This document shows, in pieces, positions 1 to 8,822 of a DNA stretch of 64,000 bases. The DNA lies in the NCBI GenBank assembly GCA_963768705.1, contig CAVYJE010000001.1, forward strand, positions 65,122-129,121, written 5' to 3'. This stretch comes from an uncultured Chloroflexia bacterium (GTDB lineage Bacteria; Chloroflexota; Dehalococcoidia; DSTF01; WHTK01). Below the pieces are notes generated by a model. The model did not search any database and was not told the DNA's origin. It worked only from the letters and a program-made list of their open reading frames with translations. The position numbers and the translations under genes are program-made. Positions within the stretch are counted from its first letter, which is position 1. Every line of letters starts with the position of its first letter.

Positions 1-629
1 GCGACCTCGCCGTCGTCCAGGTAGGTGATGTGGCCGTTGGGACCGGCGAGGGCCAGCGCCTGGAGCTGCATCTGCGCGCTCATCTCCAGGTAGACGCTGC
101 GCCCGATCGAGCGCGCGATGTTCTCGCCGACCACCGTGGCGCCGTGGCCGCGCATGATCGCCGCCGGTGCATCGCCGAGCACCTTCGCGAGCGCGGCGCC
201 GAGCATCGGGTTGCTCACGAGAAGGTCGGTGTGCTGAGCGAAGTCGCGGATCTCGAACAACGGCACGCCCTGACCGACGAAGGCCGCCATGTGGAACAGG
301 GGCCGTAGCTGCACGCCCGTCACGCTGAACGGCACGACCGTGGGTGAGTGGTTGTGCACGACGGACATCACGTCCGGCCGGGCCTTGTAGATCTCGCCGT
401 GGATGAAGCGCTCCTTCACGGAGGCGCGGCCGTTGGCGTCGAGCGGGTTGCTGTCGAGGTCGTAGGTGATGATGTCGTCAGGCTGCACGATCTCGGGCGC
501 CACGGAGCGCGCCAGCAGGTACTGGTTGGGGTCGGACTCCGACCGCAGGCTGACATGCCCGTAGGCATCGATAATCCCGTGCGCCGCCAGCACCCTGTAC
601 CCGGCAACGATGTCTTCGATCTGGCTCAT
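1..629 (-). CDS. class II aldolase/adducin-family protein (3' end runs off the window)
   Basis: Own minus-strand translation from ATG 629-627 gives MSQIEDIVAGYRVLAAHGIIDAYGHVSLR...HGEIYKARPDVMSVVHNHSP...MRGHGATVVG. The frame is open to base 1. It is absent from the ORF track because it has no stop in the window. Confidence 0.75.
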   Translation of the reverse strand, partial: MSQIEDIVAGYRVLAAHGIIDAYGHVSLRSESDPNQYLLARSVAPEIVQPDDIITYDLDSNPLDANGRASVKERFIHGEIYKARPDVMSVVHNHSPTVVPFSVTGVQLRPLFHMAAFVGQGVPLFEIRDFAQHTDLLVSNPMLGAALAKVLGDAPAAIMRGHGATVVGENIARSIGRSVYLEMSAQMQLQALALAGPNGHITYLDDGEV

Positions 630-718
630 GACTGCCCTCCGGCGGCGAGTATAGCCGTCCCCGGCACCTCTGGCGGCGCTAACTGGCCAGCCGTCGGAAC
701 GGATCGTAAGCTAGCGAC

Positions 719-1129
719 ATGCCCCCGATGCGCAAGCCCGCCGGATCGAGCACTGCTCGAAAGCCGCCTGAGCCCACGGACAGCCACGCCGAGATCGAGG
801 ATTGGATTCGACGCGTGATGCCCGATTTGAACCCGATGGTCCATCATCTGGACGAACTGATCCGCGAAACGATTCCCGGGCTTCAATACGCGGTGAAGTG
901 GAAGAAGGCCTACTACGGGTTGCCGGAACAAGGATGGATCATCGAGATGGTTGCCTACGATGTCTCGGTAAACGTGGTCTTCTTTGGTGGCGCCGACTTC
1001 GACTCTCCACCGCCGCTTGGTGATACCGACCGCTCCCGCTACGTGAAGCTGAGGACCGCTGACGAGGCGCAGCAACCCTCGATGCGCAAGTGGATCGAGC
1101 AGGCGGCCGGGATTCGGGGATGGCAATAG
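719..1129 (+). CDS. DUF1801 (YdhG-like) domain protein
   Basis: 136-aa ORF. The segment IEDWI...LDELIRETIPGLQYAVKWKKAYYG...VNVVFFGG is typical of DUF1801. Confidence 0.65.
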   Translation: MPPMRKPAGSSTARKPPEPTDSHAEIEDWIRRVMPDLNPMVHHLDELIRETIPGLQYAVKWKKAYYGLPEQGWIIEMVAYDVSVNVVFFGGADFDSPPPLGDTDRSRYVKLRTADEAQQPSMRKWIEQAAGIRGWQ

Positions 1130-1187
1130 GCCTGCCCCTCTAGCGCAAAGGGCTGAGCCGAGGCGGCCCGGTCCCTCTCCGTTTGCT

Positions 1188-3203
1188 TTAGATCTTCTTG
1201 CGCTTGTTCCGCAGGTAGTCGACCAGGACGTAGCGACCCATCTGGCCCGGCATGCCGAAGAACACGCGACCCTTGTTCATGCGCATCATGTGCTGTGCCA
1301 GCGCCATCGAAGACGGGGCCGAGTCCATCATGAAGGTGTTGATGCGGATGCCGGAGCGCGTGCAGCGCTTGACCTCCTTGAGCATGCCTTCGATCGTGCC
1401 TTCGTCGCCGTAGGGACCCCATGTCGGGCGAGGGCGCCAGTCCGTGATCAGGATGATCTGGCGGTTGGTCGACTTGTGCTTGTCGAGCAGCTCCCGCGAC
1501 TTCGCCAGGGCGAGCTCGATGTTCGTGCCGTTCCAGTCGACCCAGTCGGACTGCAGGAGGCGCTCCGGCTTCAGCTCCATGGCGAAGTAGGAGAAGACCA
1601 CCAGCTCCAGGAAGTCGCGCGGGAAGCGGGTCTTGATCAGCGTGTTGAGGGCGAAGGCGACGCGCTTGGCCTCGAAGAAGGCGCCGTTCGTGAACATCGA
1701 GCGGCTCATGTCGACGGCGATCACGGTGGACGACTGCGTCAGCGCCTCCCGCCGGTGCACCTCGAGGTCCTTCGGCTCGATCTCGACCGGGATGCCAGGG
1801 CCGTTGCGGAACACGGCGTTGCTCACGCTCTTGCTGATGTCGAGCAGGAACGGATCGCCGAACTCCCAGGGCTTCGTCTCGGTCACCTGCTCGGCGCTGG
1901 CGCCACGGCTCTGCTCGTCGTGCTGGCCCATGCGGTCCTGACGCAGCTCGGCGAATAGGTCGCGTAGCGTGCGCTCGCCGAGAACCCGGATGCCCCGCGG
2001 CGTGAGCTGCATGTCGCGGCCCACGCGCTTCGCCAGACCGGCCTCCTCCAGCAGGTCCGTCACGCGCCGCATCTCGTTCAGGATGTCCTGCGCGTCGGGG
2101 CCGAGGAGGCGCTTGGCCAGGTCTTCGTCGATGTTGTCGAAGTCCAGGTTGCGGATGGCGTCGCGTAGCTGGCGCTCCAACTCGTCAGCGCTGTTGAGGT
2201 CGCGCATGATCTGGGCTGCCTTGTCGACATCCAGGGGCTCGTCGCCGGAGAAGTTGAACCGGCGCCCCAGAGGGCGGCCCGTGATCTGCTCCACGAGGTC
2301 GGCCATCTGCATGATGTCGTCCTGCAGGTCGTCGTCCTGGAGCAGCGCCTGCATGGTTTCCAGCATTTCGCGGCGCATGTCTTCGGGCATGCTCGCAAGC
2401 ATCGAAGCCATCTGGGCTGCTTGCTCTTCGAGGTAGTTGACGAGGTCTTCGATGTTGTTGATGCCGGGCGGGAAGAAGTGCCCGAACTCTGCCATGAACT
2501 CGAGGAAGTCCTGCTCCGTGGCCCCGCCTCTGACGTGCTTCGCGAGCAGGAGGTTGAGGGCGCGCATCATCTCCCGCATGGGCTCGAGGTCCTCTTTGGT
2601 CAGGCTCTCGAGGTTCTGCTGCATCATCTTGAACTGGTCGCCCAGCATCTGCTGGCGTAGCTCGTTCACCAACTCCTGGAAGTTCTCGCGCGCTTCCTGG
2701 TCCAGGAATTCGTAGTCCATGAGCTCACGGAGCTGGCCGGGCGCGTCGTCCGGCATCTGGTCCATCAGCTCTTGCTTGCGTTGGGCCATCTGCTGCGCCA
2801 TGCGGCGCATCGATTCGTCGGCACTGGGGTCGTTGCCTTGCTCTCGCAGGCGGTCGATGCCGCGCTGCTCCTGGTCGATGACCTCCTGCAGGCGGTCGGC
2901 GATGTCGTCCATCATGGAGCCGAGGTTGTAGCGCGAGAGCTGCTCTTCGCGACGCTGTCGCAGGCGCTCCAGGAGGTCTCGCATGCCCGGCGTGCGCTGG
3001 CCGTCCTGGCGGTTGGCGCCGCGCATGAGCAGGCGTTCGAGGGCTCGCCGCAGGTCACCGTCCTCCAGGAGGTCGCGACCCAGCAGGTCGAGGAGCTGTT
3101 CGGGGTCCAGCGGCTCAATGGTCTGGCTGCCGTCCCACTCGTAATAGCGGTAGAACATCTCGCTAAAATTATAGGGCGGCTGGCCAGTGCACATCCGTTG
3201 CAA
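1188..3203 (-). CDS. von Willebrand factor type A (VWA) domain protein with long acidic coiled-coil N-terminal region
   Basis: 671-aa ORF. The C-terminal VWA has a MIDAS-like VIAVDMSRSM motif. The start is uncertain and may be the internal MFYRYYEWDG. Confidence 0.75.
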   Translation of the reverse strand: MQRMCTGQPPYNFSEMFYRYYEWDGSQTIEPLDPEQLLDLLGRDLLEDGDLRRALERLLMRGANRQDGQRTPGMRDLLERLRQRREEQLSRYNLGSMMDDIADRLQEVIDQEQRGIDRLREQGNDPSADESMRRMAQQMAQRKQELMDQMPDDAPGQLRELMDYEFLDQEARENFQELVNELRQQMLGDQFKMMQQNLESLTKEDLEPMREMMRALNLLLAKHVRGGATEQDFLEFMAEFGHFFPPGINNIEDLVNYLEEQAAQMASMLASMPEDMRREMLETMQALLQDDDLQDDIMQMADLVEQITGRPLGRRFNFSGDEPLDVDKAAQIMRDLNSADELERQLRDAIRNLDFDNIDEDLAKRLLGPDAQDILNEMRRVTDLLEEAGLAKRVGRDMQLTPRGIRVLGERTLRDLFAELRQDRMGQHDEQSRGASAEQVTETKPWEFGDPFLLDISKSVSNAVFRNGPGIPVEIEPKDLEVHRREALTQSSTVIAVDMSRSMFTNGAFFEAKRVAFALNTLIKTRFPRDFLELVVFSYFAMELKPERLLQSDWVDWNGTNIELALAKSRELLDKHKSTNRQIILITDWRPRPTWGPYGDEGTIEGMLKEVKRCTRSGIRINTFMMDSAPSSMALAQHMMRMNKGRVFFGMPGQMGRYVLVDYLRNKRKKI

Positions 3204-3246
3204 GGCGCCTGAATCGCACGATTCGGTATTTCGAGGTCATAAACCT

Positions 3247-4350
3247 ATGTATTTCAAGCAGATCCTCAACGAAGAGGCCGGCTGTTCCTCCTACGTCATC
3301 GCTTCTCGACAGAGCCGCGAGGCCCTGGTGGTGGACCCCGCGCTCGATATCGACCAGTACATCGAGCTGGCGAAGGCGCGCGATTTCACGATCAAGCTGG
3401 TCATCGACACCCACATCCACGCCGACCACGTCTCGGGCGCGCGCAAGCTCGCCGCCGCGACCGGTGCCGAGCACTGCATGTACGAATCGGCCGACCTGCT
3501 GTTCCCGTTTCGCAAGCTCAAGGACGGCGAGCGATTGCACCTCGGGCAGCTGTTTATCGACGTCTGGCATACGCCGGGTCATCGCCCCGAGGCGATCTCG
3601 CTGCTCGTGACCAACCCGCCGCGGGGTGAGGAAGTCTCGTTCGTGCTCACGGGCGACTGCCTCTTCGTAGGCGATGTCGGCCGGCCCGACTTCGGCGGCG
3701 CCGAGGGCGCCCGCCAGCAGTACGAGAGCGTGCATCGCCTGATGGGGCTGGACGACTTCGTCGCGGTCTTCCCGGCCCACTTCGAGGGCTCCTGCGGCAA
3801 AGGCATGTGCGGCCGCCCCAACACGACCATCGGCTGGGAGCGCCGCCATAACCCGCTGCTCCAGCTCGATCGCGAAGGCTTCATCGAGGCCACCTCAGAG
3901 ACGCCGGCGCGTCCGTTGAACATGACCGCCATCATCGCCACAAACCGCGGTGAGGCCAGCTACGAGTTCGCCGAGCCGCGGGCAGAAGGCGACGTGAAGC
4001 ACGTTTCCATCGCAGCGGCGCCGGCCTGGATCGAAGAGCACGCCGCGACGGTCGTCGACGTACGAGAGCCGGACGAGTACGCGGCCGGCCACATCCCTGG
4101 CGCGATGTCGCTGCCGCAGTCCGAGGTCGCCCTCCACCTCTCGGATCTCGACAAGTCGAAGCACTACCTCGTCGCCTGTGCGGGCGGCGTACGTTCGTTG
4201 CGCACCACCTACTACCTCACATGGGCCGGCTACGACGCCACCAGCCTCGAAGACGGCACCGCGGGCTGGGCAGAAGCCGGCAACCCGATCGAAGGCGACC
4301 ACAGCGAGCCGATCGCAGAGGAGCACCGGTACCAGCACGCTGCGGGGTAG
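3247..4350 (+). CDS. MBL-fold hydrolase (persulfide dioxygenase-like) fused to a C-terminal rhodanese domain
   Basis: HIHADHVSG metal motif. The rhodanese part reads VDVREPDEYAAGHIPGAMSLP...CAGGVRS. ATG 3247 (MYFKQILNEE) is preferred over the ORF-track start 3187. Confidence 0.85.
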   Translation: MYFKQILNEEAGCSSYVIASRQSREALVVDPALDIDQYIELAKARDFTIKLVIDTHIHADHVSGARKLAAATGAEHCMYESADLLFPFRKLKDGERLHLGQLFIDVWHTPGHRPEAISLLVTNPPRGEEVSFVLTGDCLFVGDVGRPDFGGAEGARQQYESVHRLMGLDDFVAVFPAHFEGSCGKGMCGRPNTTIGWERRHNPLLQLDREGFIEATSETPARPLNMTAIIATNRGEASYEFAEPRAEGDVKHVSIAAAPAWIEEHAATVVDVREPDEYAAGHIPGAMSLPQSEVALHLSDLDKSKHYLVACAGGVRSLRTTYYLTWAGYDATSLEDGTAGWAEAGNPIEGDHSEPIAEEHRYQHAAG

Positions 4351-4359
4351 GTGGGCTGA

Positions 4360-4395
4360 CCTCACCCCCGGCCCCTCTCCTTGCGAGGAGAGGGG
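4360..4395. repeat. left terminal inverted repeat (palindromic element, family B)
   Basis: Sequence is cctcacccccggcccctctccttgcgaggagagggg. It contains the 9-bp perfect hairpin cccctctcc/ggagagggg. Confidence 0.9.
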
Positions 4396-4431
4396 GCGAC
4401 CTGTAAGGTACTCCCTTCGGCCGCTGCCTGG

Positions 4432-4791
4432 CGAATGTTGAGTCAGGACTGCGGAGATGTTGCTCAGGACGTCTTCGTTCGTAAATCGAAGCACTCTTAG
4501 CTCCATCGCCCTGAGATAAGCGTCTCTCTCGCGATCTTTTTCTTGGCGGCTTTCGTGAACCGGACCATCTACCTCAACGATGAGGCGAGCTTGCACGCAG
4601 TAGAAATCGGCGATAAAGCGGCCAACGGGATGCTGACGGCGGAAACGAAGGCCGTCTAGCCTGCCTGCTCGGAGCTCTCGCCAGAGTGCGTTCTCCGCTG
4701 GAGTCGGAGCAGCGCGCATTCGAAGTGCCTGGGGTTGAAGGTCTTCCCACATAGAGGGCACCGCGAGTTCCTTCCGCCGACGATTCTTCAT
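4432..4791 (-). CDS. DUF559 (Vsr-like) endonuclease domain protein; 3' end undefined
   Basis: Reads MKNRRRKELAV...AENALWRELRAGRLDGLRFRRQHPVGRFIADFYCVQARLIVEVDGPVHES...LRVLRFTNEDVL. The ATG is at 4791-4789. The coordinates cover the conserved domain only, because the frame stays open down to 3895. Confidence 0.7.
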
Positions 4792-4814
4792 CGCTGGCGA
4801 GGCTACCGTGTTCA

Positions 4815-4850
4815 CCCCTCTCCTCGCAAGGAGAGGGGCTGGGGGTGAGG
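4815..4850. repeat. right terminal inverted repeat (palindromic element, family B)
   Basis: Sequence is cccctctcctcgcaaggagaggggctgggggtgagg, the inverted copy of 4360-4395 with one mismatch. Confidence 0.9.
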
Positions 4851-4906
4851 ACCCTCCAGTTGCCTCCCTGCGCTCCGTGGTGCTTAATGCGCGCGGAGGT
4901 GCAGCC

Positions 4907-5929
4907 ATGATTGTCGACATCCACGCCCACTACCACCCGGTTGCCTACTGCGAGGCGCTTTCGAAGCTCTACGGTCGCACCGTGACCAACTTCCGGCCCC
5001 ATCCCGATACGGACGCGCCGGAGCACATTGCGACGCGACTGCAGCAGATGGACGAGGCGGGCGTGCGACTGCAGGTGCTCTCGCCGGCCGCCGGCCACGC
5101 ACCATACGGCGAGGACGAGGCGCTGGCTGTCGAAGCCGCGAGGATGATCAACGACATGAACGCGGCGCTGGTAAAGCAGCACCCCGACAAGTTCAAGTCG
5201 TTCGTATCCCTGCCTTTGCCGCACATCGAGGCGTCGCTCACGGAGCTGAGGCGCGCCATGGACGACCTCGGCATGATCGGCGTCAACCTGCACATCTCCG
5301 CCCTCGACCGCTCCGTGGCCGAGGACGAGTTCCTGCCGATCTACGAGGAGGTGAACCGCCGCAAGGGCGTGATTTTTTATCACCCCTTCGGCAACAGCAT
5401 CTGCTCGCCCATGATCGCCGACTACGGCTTCAGCGGCGCCGTCGGCACGTCGCTGGAAGATGCCGTGATCGCCCTACACCTCATCGCCAAGCAGATTCCG
5501 TCGAAGTACCCGGACATCACCTTCATCATTCCTCACCTCGGTGGGCCGATCCCGATGCTGCTGCCGCGGCTTAACAACCAGTTCTCGATGCAGTCGCGCG
5601 GGCTGCCGGAGCCACCGCGGGACACGGCGCGCCGGTTCTACTACGACACCGTGGCCCACGGCTCCGAGGCCGCCCTGACCTGCGCCGTCATGGCCTTCGG
5701 CGCCGACCACGTCCTGCCCGGCTCCGACTACCCCGTCTTGCTCTCCTTCGAGACGTACAAGGACACGTTCGACTGGATTCGGCACACGGCGCTCTCCCCG
5801 AGGCGGAAAGGACCGCATCCTGGAGAAGAACGTGTCGGAGCTGCTGGGGCTGTAGGACTCGGCCATCATTTTCGAGGTGATCCAGGCGCTATTAGAATGC
5901 GAACTACGAACGTTATCCGGGCAGGCTAG
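4907..5929 (+). CDS. amidohydrolase-2 family protein (ACMSD/decarboxylase-like); probable frameshift near 5807-5810
   Basis: MIVDIHAHYHP carries the HxH motif, with SD ggaggt at 4895-4900. The family-typical C-terminus DRILEKNVSELLGL-stop is in the +1 frame and ends at 5855. Confidence 0.8.
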   Translation: MIVDIHAHYHPVAYCEALSKLYGRTVTNFRPHPDTDAPEHIATRLQQMDEAGVRLQVLSPAAGHAPYGEDEALAVEAARMINDMNAALVKQHPDKFKSFVSLPLPHIEASLTELRRAMDDLGMIGVNLHISALDRSVAEDEFLPIYEEVNRRKGVIFYHPFGNSICSPMIADYGFSGAVGTSLEDAVIALHLIAKQIPSKYPDITFIIPHLGGPIPMLLPRLNNQFSMQSRGLPEPPRDTARRFYYDTVAHGSEAALTCAVMAFGADHVLPGSDYPVLLSFETYKDTFDWIRHTALSPRRKGPHPGEERVGAAGAVGLGHHFRGDPGAIRMRTTNVIRAG

Positions 5930-5950
5930 AGGTAGAAAGAGGCATACAGA

Positions 5951-6244
5951 ATGGCAATCTGCGTGATGATCTCGTGGCCGGGCATTTCCACGGATCAATA
6001 CAACCTGGCGCGGGAGACTGTTGGTTGGGAGCGGGAAGCTCCGGACGGCGGACTCTTCCACATCGCGGTGGACGACGGCAGCGGCTTCCGCATCGTCGAC
6101 CTCTGGGAGAGCCCTGAGAAGTTTCAGGCCTTCGTAGACAACCGGCTCACCCCGGGCTTGCAGCAGGCCGGCATTTCCACCGAACCTGTGGTCGAGGTGT
6201 TCCCTCCGCACGCGGTGTTCACACCGGGATATACGAAGAAGTAG
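5951..6244 (+). CDS. small hypothetical protein (possibly ABM/ferredoxin-like fold)
   Basis: 97-aa ORF with a purine-rich SD-like stretch upstream. No family is firmly recognised. Confidence 0.45.
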   Translation: MAICVMISWPGISTDQYNLARETVGWEREAPDGGLFHIAVDDGSGFRIVDLWESPEKFQAFVDNRLTPGLQQAGISTEPVVEVFPPHAVFTPGYTKK

Positions 6245-6257
6245 TGCTCTCAACACC

Positions 6258-7067
6258 TTGCTGACAGATTGGGCAACCCGCTACCTGCGTCTTCTGGGCC
6301 TCGAAGCCGAGTCGCCGAGCCTCGACTGGCTGCGGCGCTTCGGGGCGGCGCATCTGCGGGCCGTTCCCTTCTGCAATGTCACGTCGATTCTGCGTCGCAG
6401 CGCCGCGGATGGGGAGACTGTGCCGCCAGTGGATCGCGAGTCGCAACTCGCGGCCTGGGAGCAGCGCACGGGCGGCGGCGTCTGCTTCGAGGTGGCCGAG
6501 ATGGTCTCGACCCTGCTTCGGGAGCTGGGCTACGAGACCCACATCGTGCTCGGGCAGATCACGTTCCCGGCCTCACATCAGGCGGTGGTCGTGCGCCTGC
6601 GCGAGGGGCCGTACATGGTCGACCTCGGCTGCGGGGCGCCCTTGCCGGAGCCGATCCCGCTGATCCGCGAATCCGAGTACCACGTCGCGGGCCTGGGCTA
6701 TCGCTTCCGCCCCGACCTCGCCTCGATGACCTGCGTGCAGGACCGGTTCATCGACGGCGTCTGGACGGAGTTCTGTCACTACGACCTGCGACCCGCGACG
6801 GACGAGGAGCGCGACGCCGGCTACCAGCGCCACCACATCCCCGGCGAGACCTGGGTCGTCGGTAGCATCACGCTCGTGCGGTTTCTCGACGGCAACGTCC
6901 TCGCCCTGCGCGACGGCCGCTTCACGCGCTACGAGGACGCCGGCAAGCAGAGCTTCGAGGTCACCACGGATGCTGAGTACGCCCACCACCTCCTCGATGA
7001 CCTGCGTTGGCCTGAGCTGCCGGTCGATGACGCCCTGCGGGCGCTGCGAGAGCTAACCCAGGGCTGA
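6258..7067 (+). CDS. arylamine N-acetyltransferase (NAT) family protein
   Basis: GGVCFEVAE carries the catalytic Cys motif, and there is a later YMVDLGCGAP segment. TTG start. Confidence 0.7.
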   Translation: MLTDWATRYLRLLGLEAESPSLDWLRRFGAAHLRAVPFCNVTSILRRSAADGETVPPVDRESQLAAWEQRTGGGVCFEVAEMVSTLLRELGYETHIVLGQITFPASHQAVVVRLREGPYMVDLGCGAPLPEPIPLIRESEYHVAGLGYRFRPDLASMTCVQDRFIDGVWTEFCHYDLRPATDEERDAGYQRHHIPGETWVVGSITLVRFLDGNVLALRDGRFTRYEDAGKQSFEVTTDAEYAHHLLDDLRWPELPVDDALRALRELTQG

Positions 7068-7094
7068 GGCCGGGGCCGCCAGCACCAGCCCGGC

Positions 7095-7636
7095 TTAGTG
7101 CTCTTTCTCTCCGCGACCGACGAACCACTGGGCGGCGCTGAGACCCACGAGGCCCACGATGAGGAGCTCGCCGCTGAGAAATCGCCCTCCGACGAAGATC
7201 AACCCGATCAACGCGGCCGACAGTGCGAATCGCACGGGCTTTACCCAGGCTCGAGGGTCAGCCGCGGGCGTCGCCGGCTTCGGGGGCACTTGCTGGTCCC
7301 ATTCGGGCGCAGGTCCTGTAGGAACGTCCGGCGACCGCTCGATCGAGTCCTGATTCCACGCCGGGCTGGGAGCCCGGCCGACGGGCTCAGGTTGCTTTTG
7401 GTCTTCGCCCGCGTCGGCGGCCGTCGAGTGACGTGTCGCTTCGCCGAACTGCCAGCCGTCAGGTTCCCTCGTGATACCGGATGCGCGTATCCTGGAATCG
7501 CAGGCTGTGTCCGCGTGCGGTCCAGGCGTGCGTCGTCCGCTCGGAATCGTTTGCCGCAGGCGGGGCAGCGTATGACGCGGCCTTCTCCTTCGACCCAGGT
7601 GCGGCAGGACGGACAAACGAATGCTTCAGGTGCCAT
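7095..7636 (-). pseudogene. zinc-ribbon protein with C-terminal TM helix, split over two frames (apparent frameshift)
   Basis: The frame from 7636 gives MAPEAFVCPSCRTWVEGEGRVIRCPACGKRF (CxxC..CxxC). The frame ending at 7095 gives an acidic/Pro-rich linker plus the TM segment FALSAALIGLIFVGGRFLSGELLIVGLVGL. Confidence 0.5.
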
Positions 7637-7689
7637 ATCTCCAGTATGGCAGGGCGTAAGGGCTCGCCTGCGCGCGTTACAATGCGGGC

Positions 7690-8532
7690 GTGAATGATAC
7701 CTTCCTCGCCAAGCTCCACACCGCCGCCGAAGACCACAAGAGCCTCGTCTGTGTCGGCCTCGACCCGGACCCCGCGCTCATGCCCGTGCCCGCCGACGAA
7801 GTCACAATGTTCTGTCGCAAGATCATCGATGCAACCGCCGATCTCGTCTGCGCCTTCAAGCCCAACATCGCCTTCTTCGAGGCGCTGGGCCGGCCCGGCA
7901 TCGATGCGCTCGTGGACGTGCTCGGCGCCATCCCGCAGGAGGTGCCGGTGATCATCGATGCCAAGCGCGGTGACATCGGCAACAGCGCCGCCGGTTACGC
8001 CCACTACCTGTTCGACGTGCTGGGTGCCGACGCGGCGACCGTGAACCCATACGGTGGTACGGATGCCGTCGAGCCGTTTCTGGAGTACGAGGACAAGGGC
8101 ATCATCGTCTGGTGTCGCTCCTCCAACCCCAGCGCCATCGACTTCCAGGACCTCGAAATCAACGACAAGGGCAAGAAGCGCCCGTTCTGGCAGGCAGTCG
8201 CCCTCAAATCACGCGAATGGAACCGCAAGCACGGCAACGTCGGCCTCGTCATGGGCGCGACCTACCCGCAGCAGCTCAGCGAGGCGCGCGAGCTCTGTCC
8301 CGACATGCCGATCCTCGTACCGGGCATCGGCGCCCAGGAAGGCGCGCTGAGGGACGCCGTACGGGCCGGTCTCGACACCGACAACGCCGGCATCATCGTC
8401 AACGCCTCGCGCTCGGTGCTCTACGCTTCGCGCGACAACGACTATGCGACGGCGGCGCGCGCCGCGACTGCCCTGCTGCGAGAACACATCAACCGCTATC
8501 GCGAAGAGCCCAGCTTCCCGGCCGGGGTGTAG
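7690..8532 (+). CDS. pyrF: orotidine 5'-phosphate decarboxylase, type 2
   Basis: LVCVGLDPDP and IIDAKRGDIGNSA motifs; 280 aa. Confidence 0.9.
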   Translation: MNDTFLAKLHTAAEDHKSLVCVGLDPDPALMPVPADEVTMFCRKIIDATADLVCAFKPNIAFFEALGRPGIDALVDVLGAIPQEVPVIIDAKRGDIGNSAAGYAHYLFDVLGADAATVNPYGGTDAVEPFLEYEDKGIIVWCRSSNPSAIDFQDLEINDKGKKRPFWQAVALKSREWNRKHGNVGLVMGATYPQQLSEARELCPDMPILVPGIGAQEGALRDAVRAGLDTDNAGIIVNASRSVLYASRDNDYATAARAATALLREHINRYREEPSFPAGV

Positions 8533-8561
8533 CCACGCCCCTCGAGCTCAACCTCGATGAC

Positions 8562-8822
8562 GTGGTGCGGCTCAAGAAGCCTCACCCCTGCGGCGGCACA
8601 GACTGGCAGGTCACCCGCCTCGGCGCCGACATCGGTCTGCGCTGCCTCACCTGCAACCGCCGCCTCCTCCTCGAACGCGCGACGCTGGAAAAGCGCCTGA
8701 AGCAGTTCGTCTCCAGGGCCGAGCCTGAGGGCAATCCAGAGTCCGTTGTCTCCGTCGTCGCAGCGAACGAGAAAGGCATTTCCCCCTCTCCGCCAGCGGG
8801 GAGGGGCCAGGGGGAAGGGTAA
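8562..8822 (+). CDS. DUF951 family protein with repeat-derived C-terminal extension
   Basis: VRLKKPHPCGGTDWQVTRLGADIGLRCLTCNRRLLLERATLEKRLKQF matches the DUF951 pattern. The start is uncertain (GTG 8562 or 8565). The last 13 codons are encoded by the palindromic element. Confidence 0.6.
   Translation: MVRLKKPHPCGGTDWQVTRLGADIGLRCLTCNRRLLLERATLEKRLKQFVSRAEPEGNPESVVSVVAANEKGISPSPPAGRGQGEG
8782..8819 (+). repeat. GC-rich palindromic element, family A
   Basis: Sequence is ccccctctccgccagcggggaggggccagggggaaggg. The first 24 nt are identical to the copies at 17323 and 27805. Confidence 0.9.

Larger units (their letters stand above)
4360..4850 (-). mobile_element. 491-bp cassette: DUF559 endonuclease gene bounded by 36-bp terminal inverted repeats (candidate small mobile or selfish element)
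   Basis: The reverse complement of 4815-4850 matches 4360-4395 at 35/36 positions. The interior has lower GC than the flanks. The cassette lies in a short gap between two plus-strand genes. Confidence 0.55.

Noticed and set aside
1129-1190. A possible degenerate sixth copy of the palindromic element (gcccctctagcgcaaagggc ... ggtccctctccg).
   Set aside because: Only the ccctct(cc) half-stems match. There is no complementary arm or G-rich tail, so the similarity is too weak to call.
1188-3203. A VWA-MoxR (AAA+) two-gene system.
   Set aside because: No MoxR-type ATPase is adjacent. The flanking genes are on the opposite strand, so only a stand-alone VWA gene can be supported here.
3895-4920. 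341-aa minus-strand ORF taken at face value as one gene.
   Set aside because: Only residues 44-163 (4432-4791) look like a real DUF559 domain. The N-terminal part covers the right inverted repeat. The C-terminal ~180 codons run through the left repeat and antisense to the MBL-rhodanese gene.
8112-8822. 236-aa ORF overlapping pyrF by 420 nt.
   Set aside because: Only the last ~85 codons match DUF951. The upstream part is an out-of-frame read of pyrF (Arg/Pro-rich).
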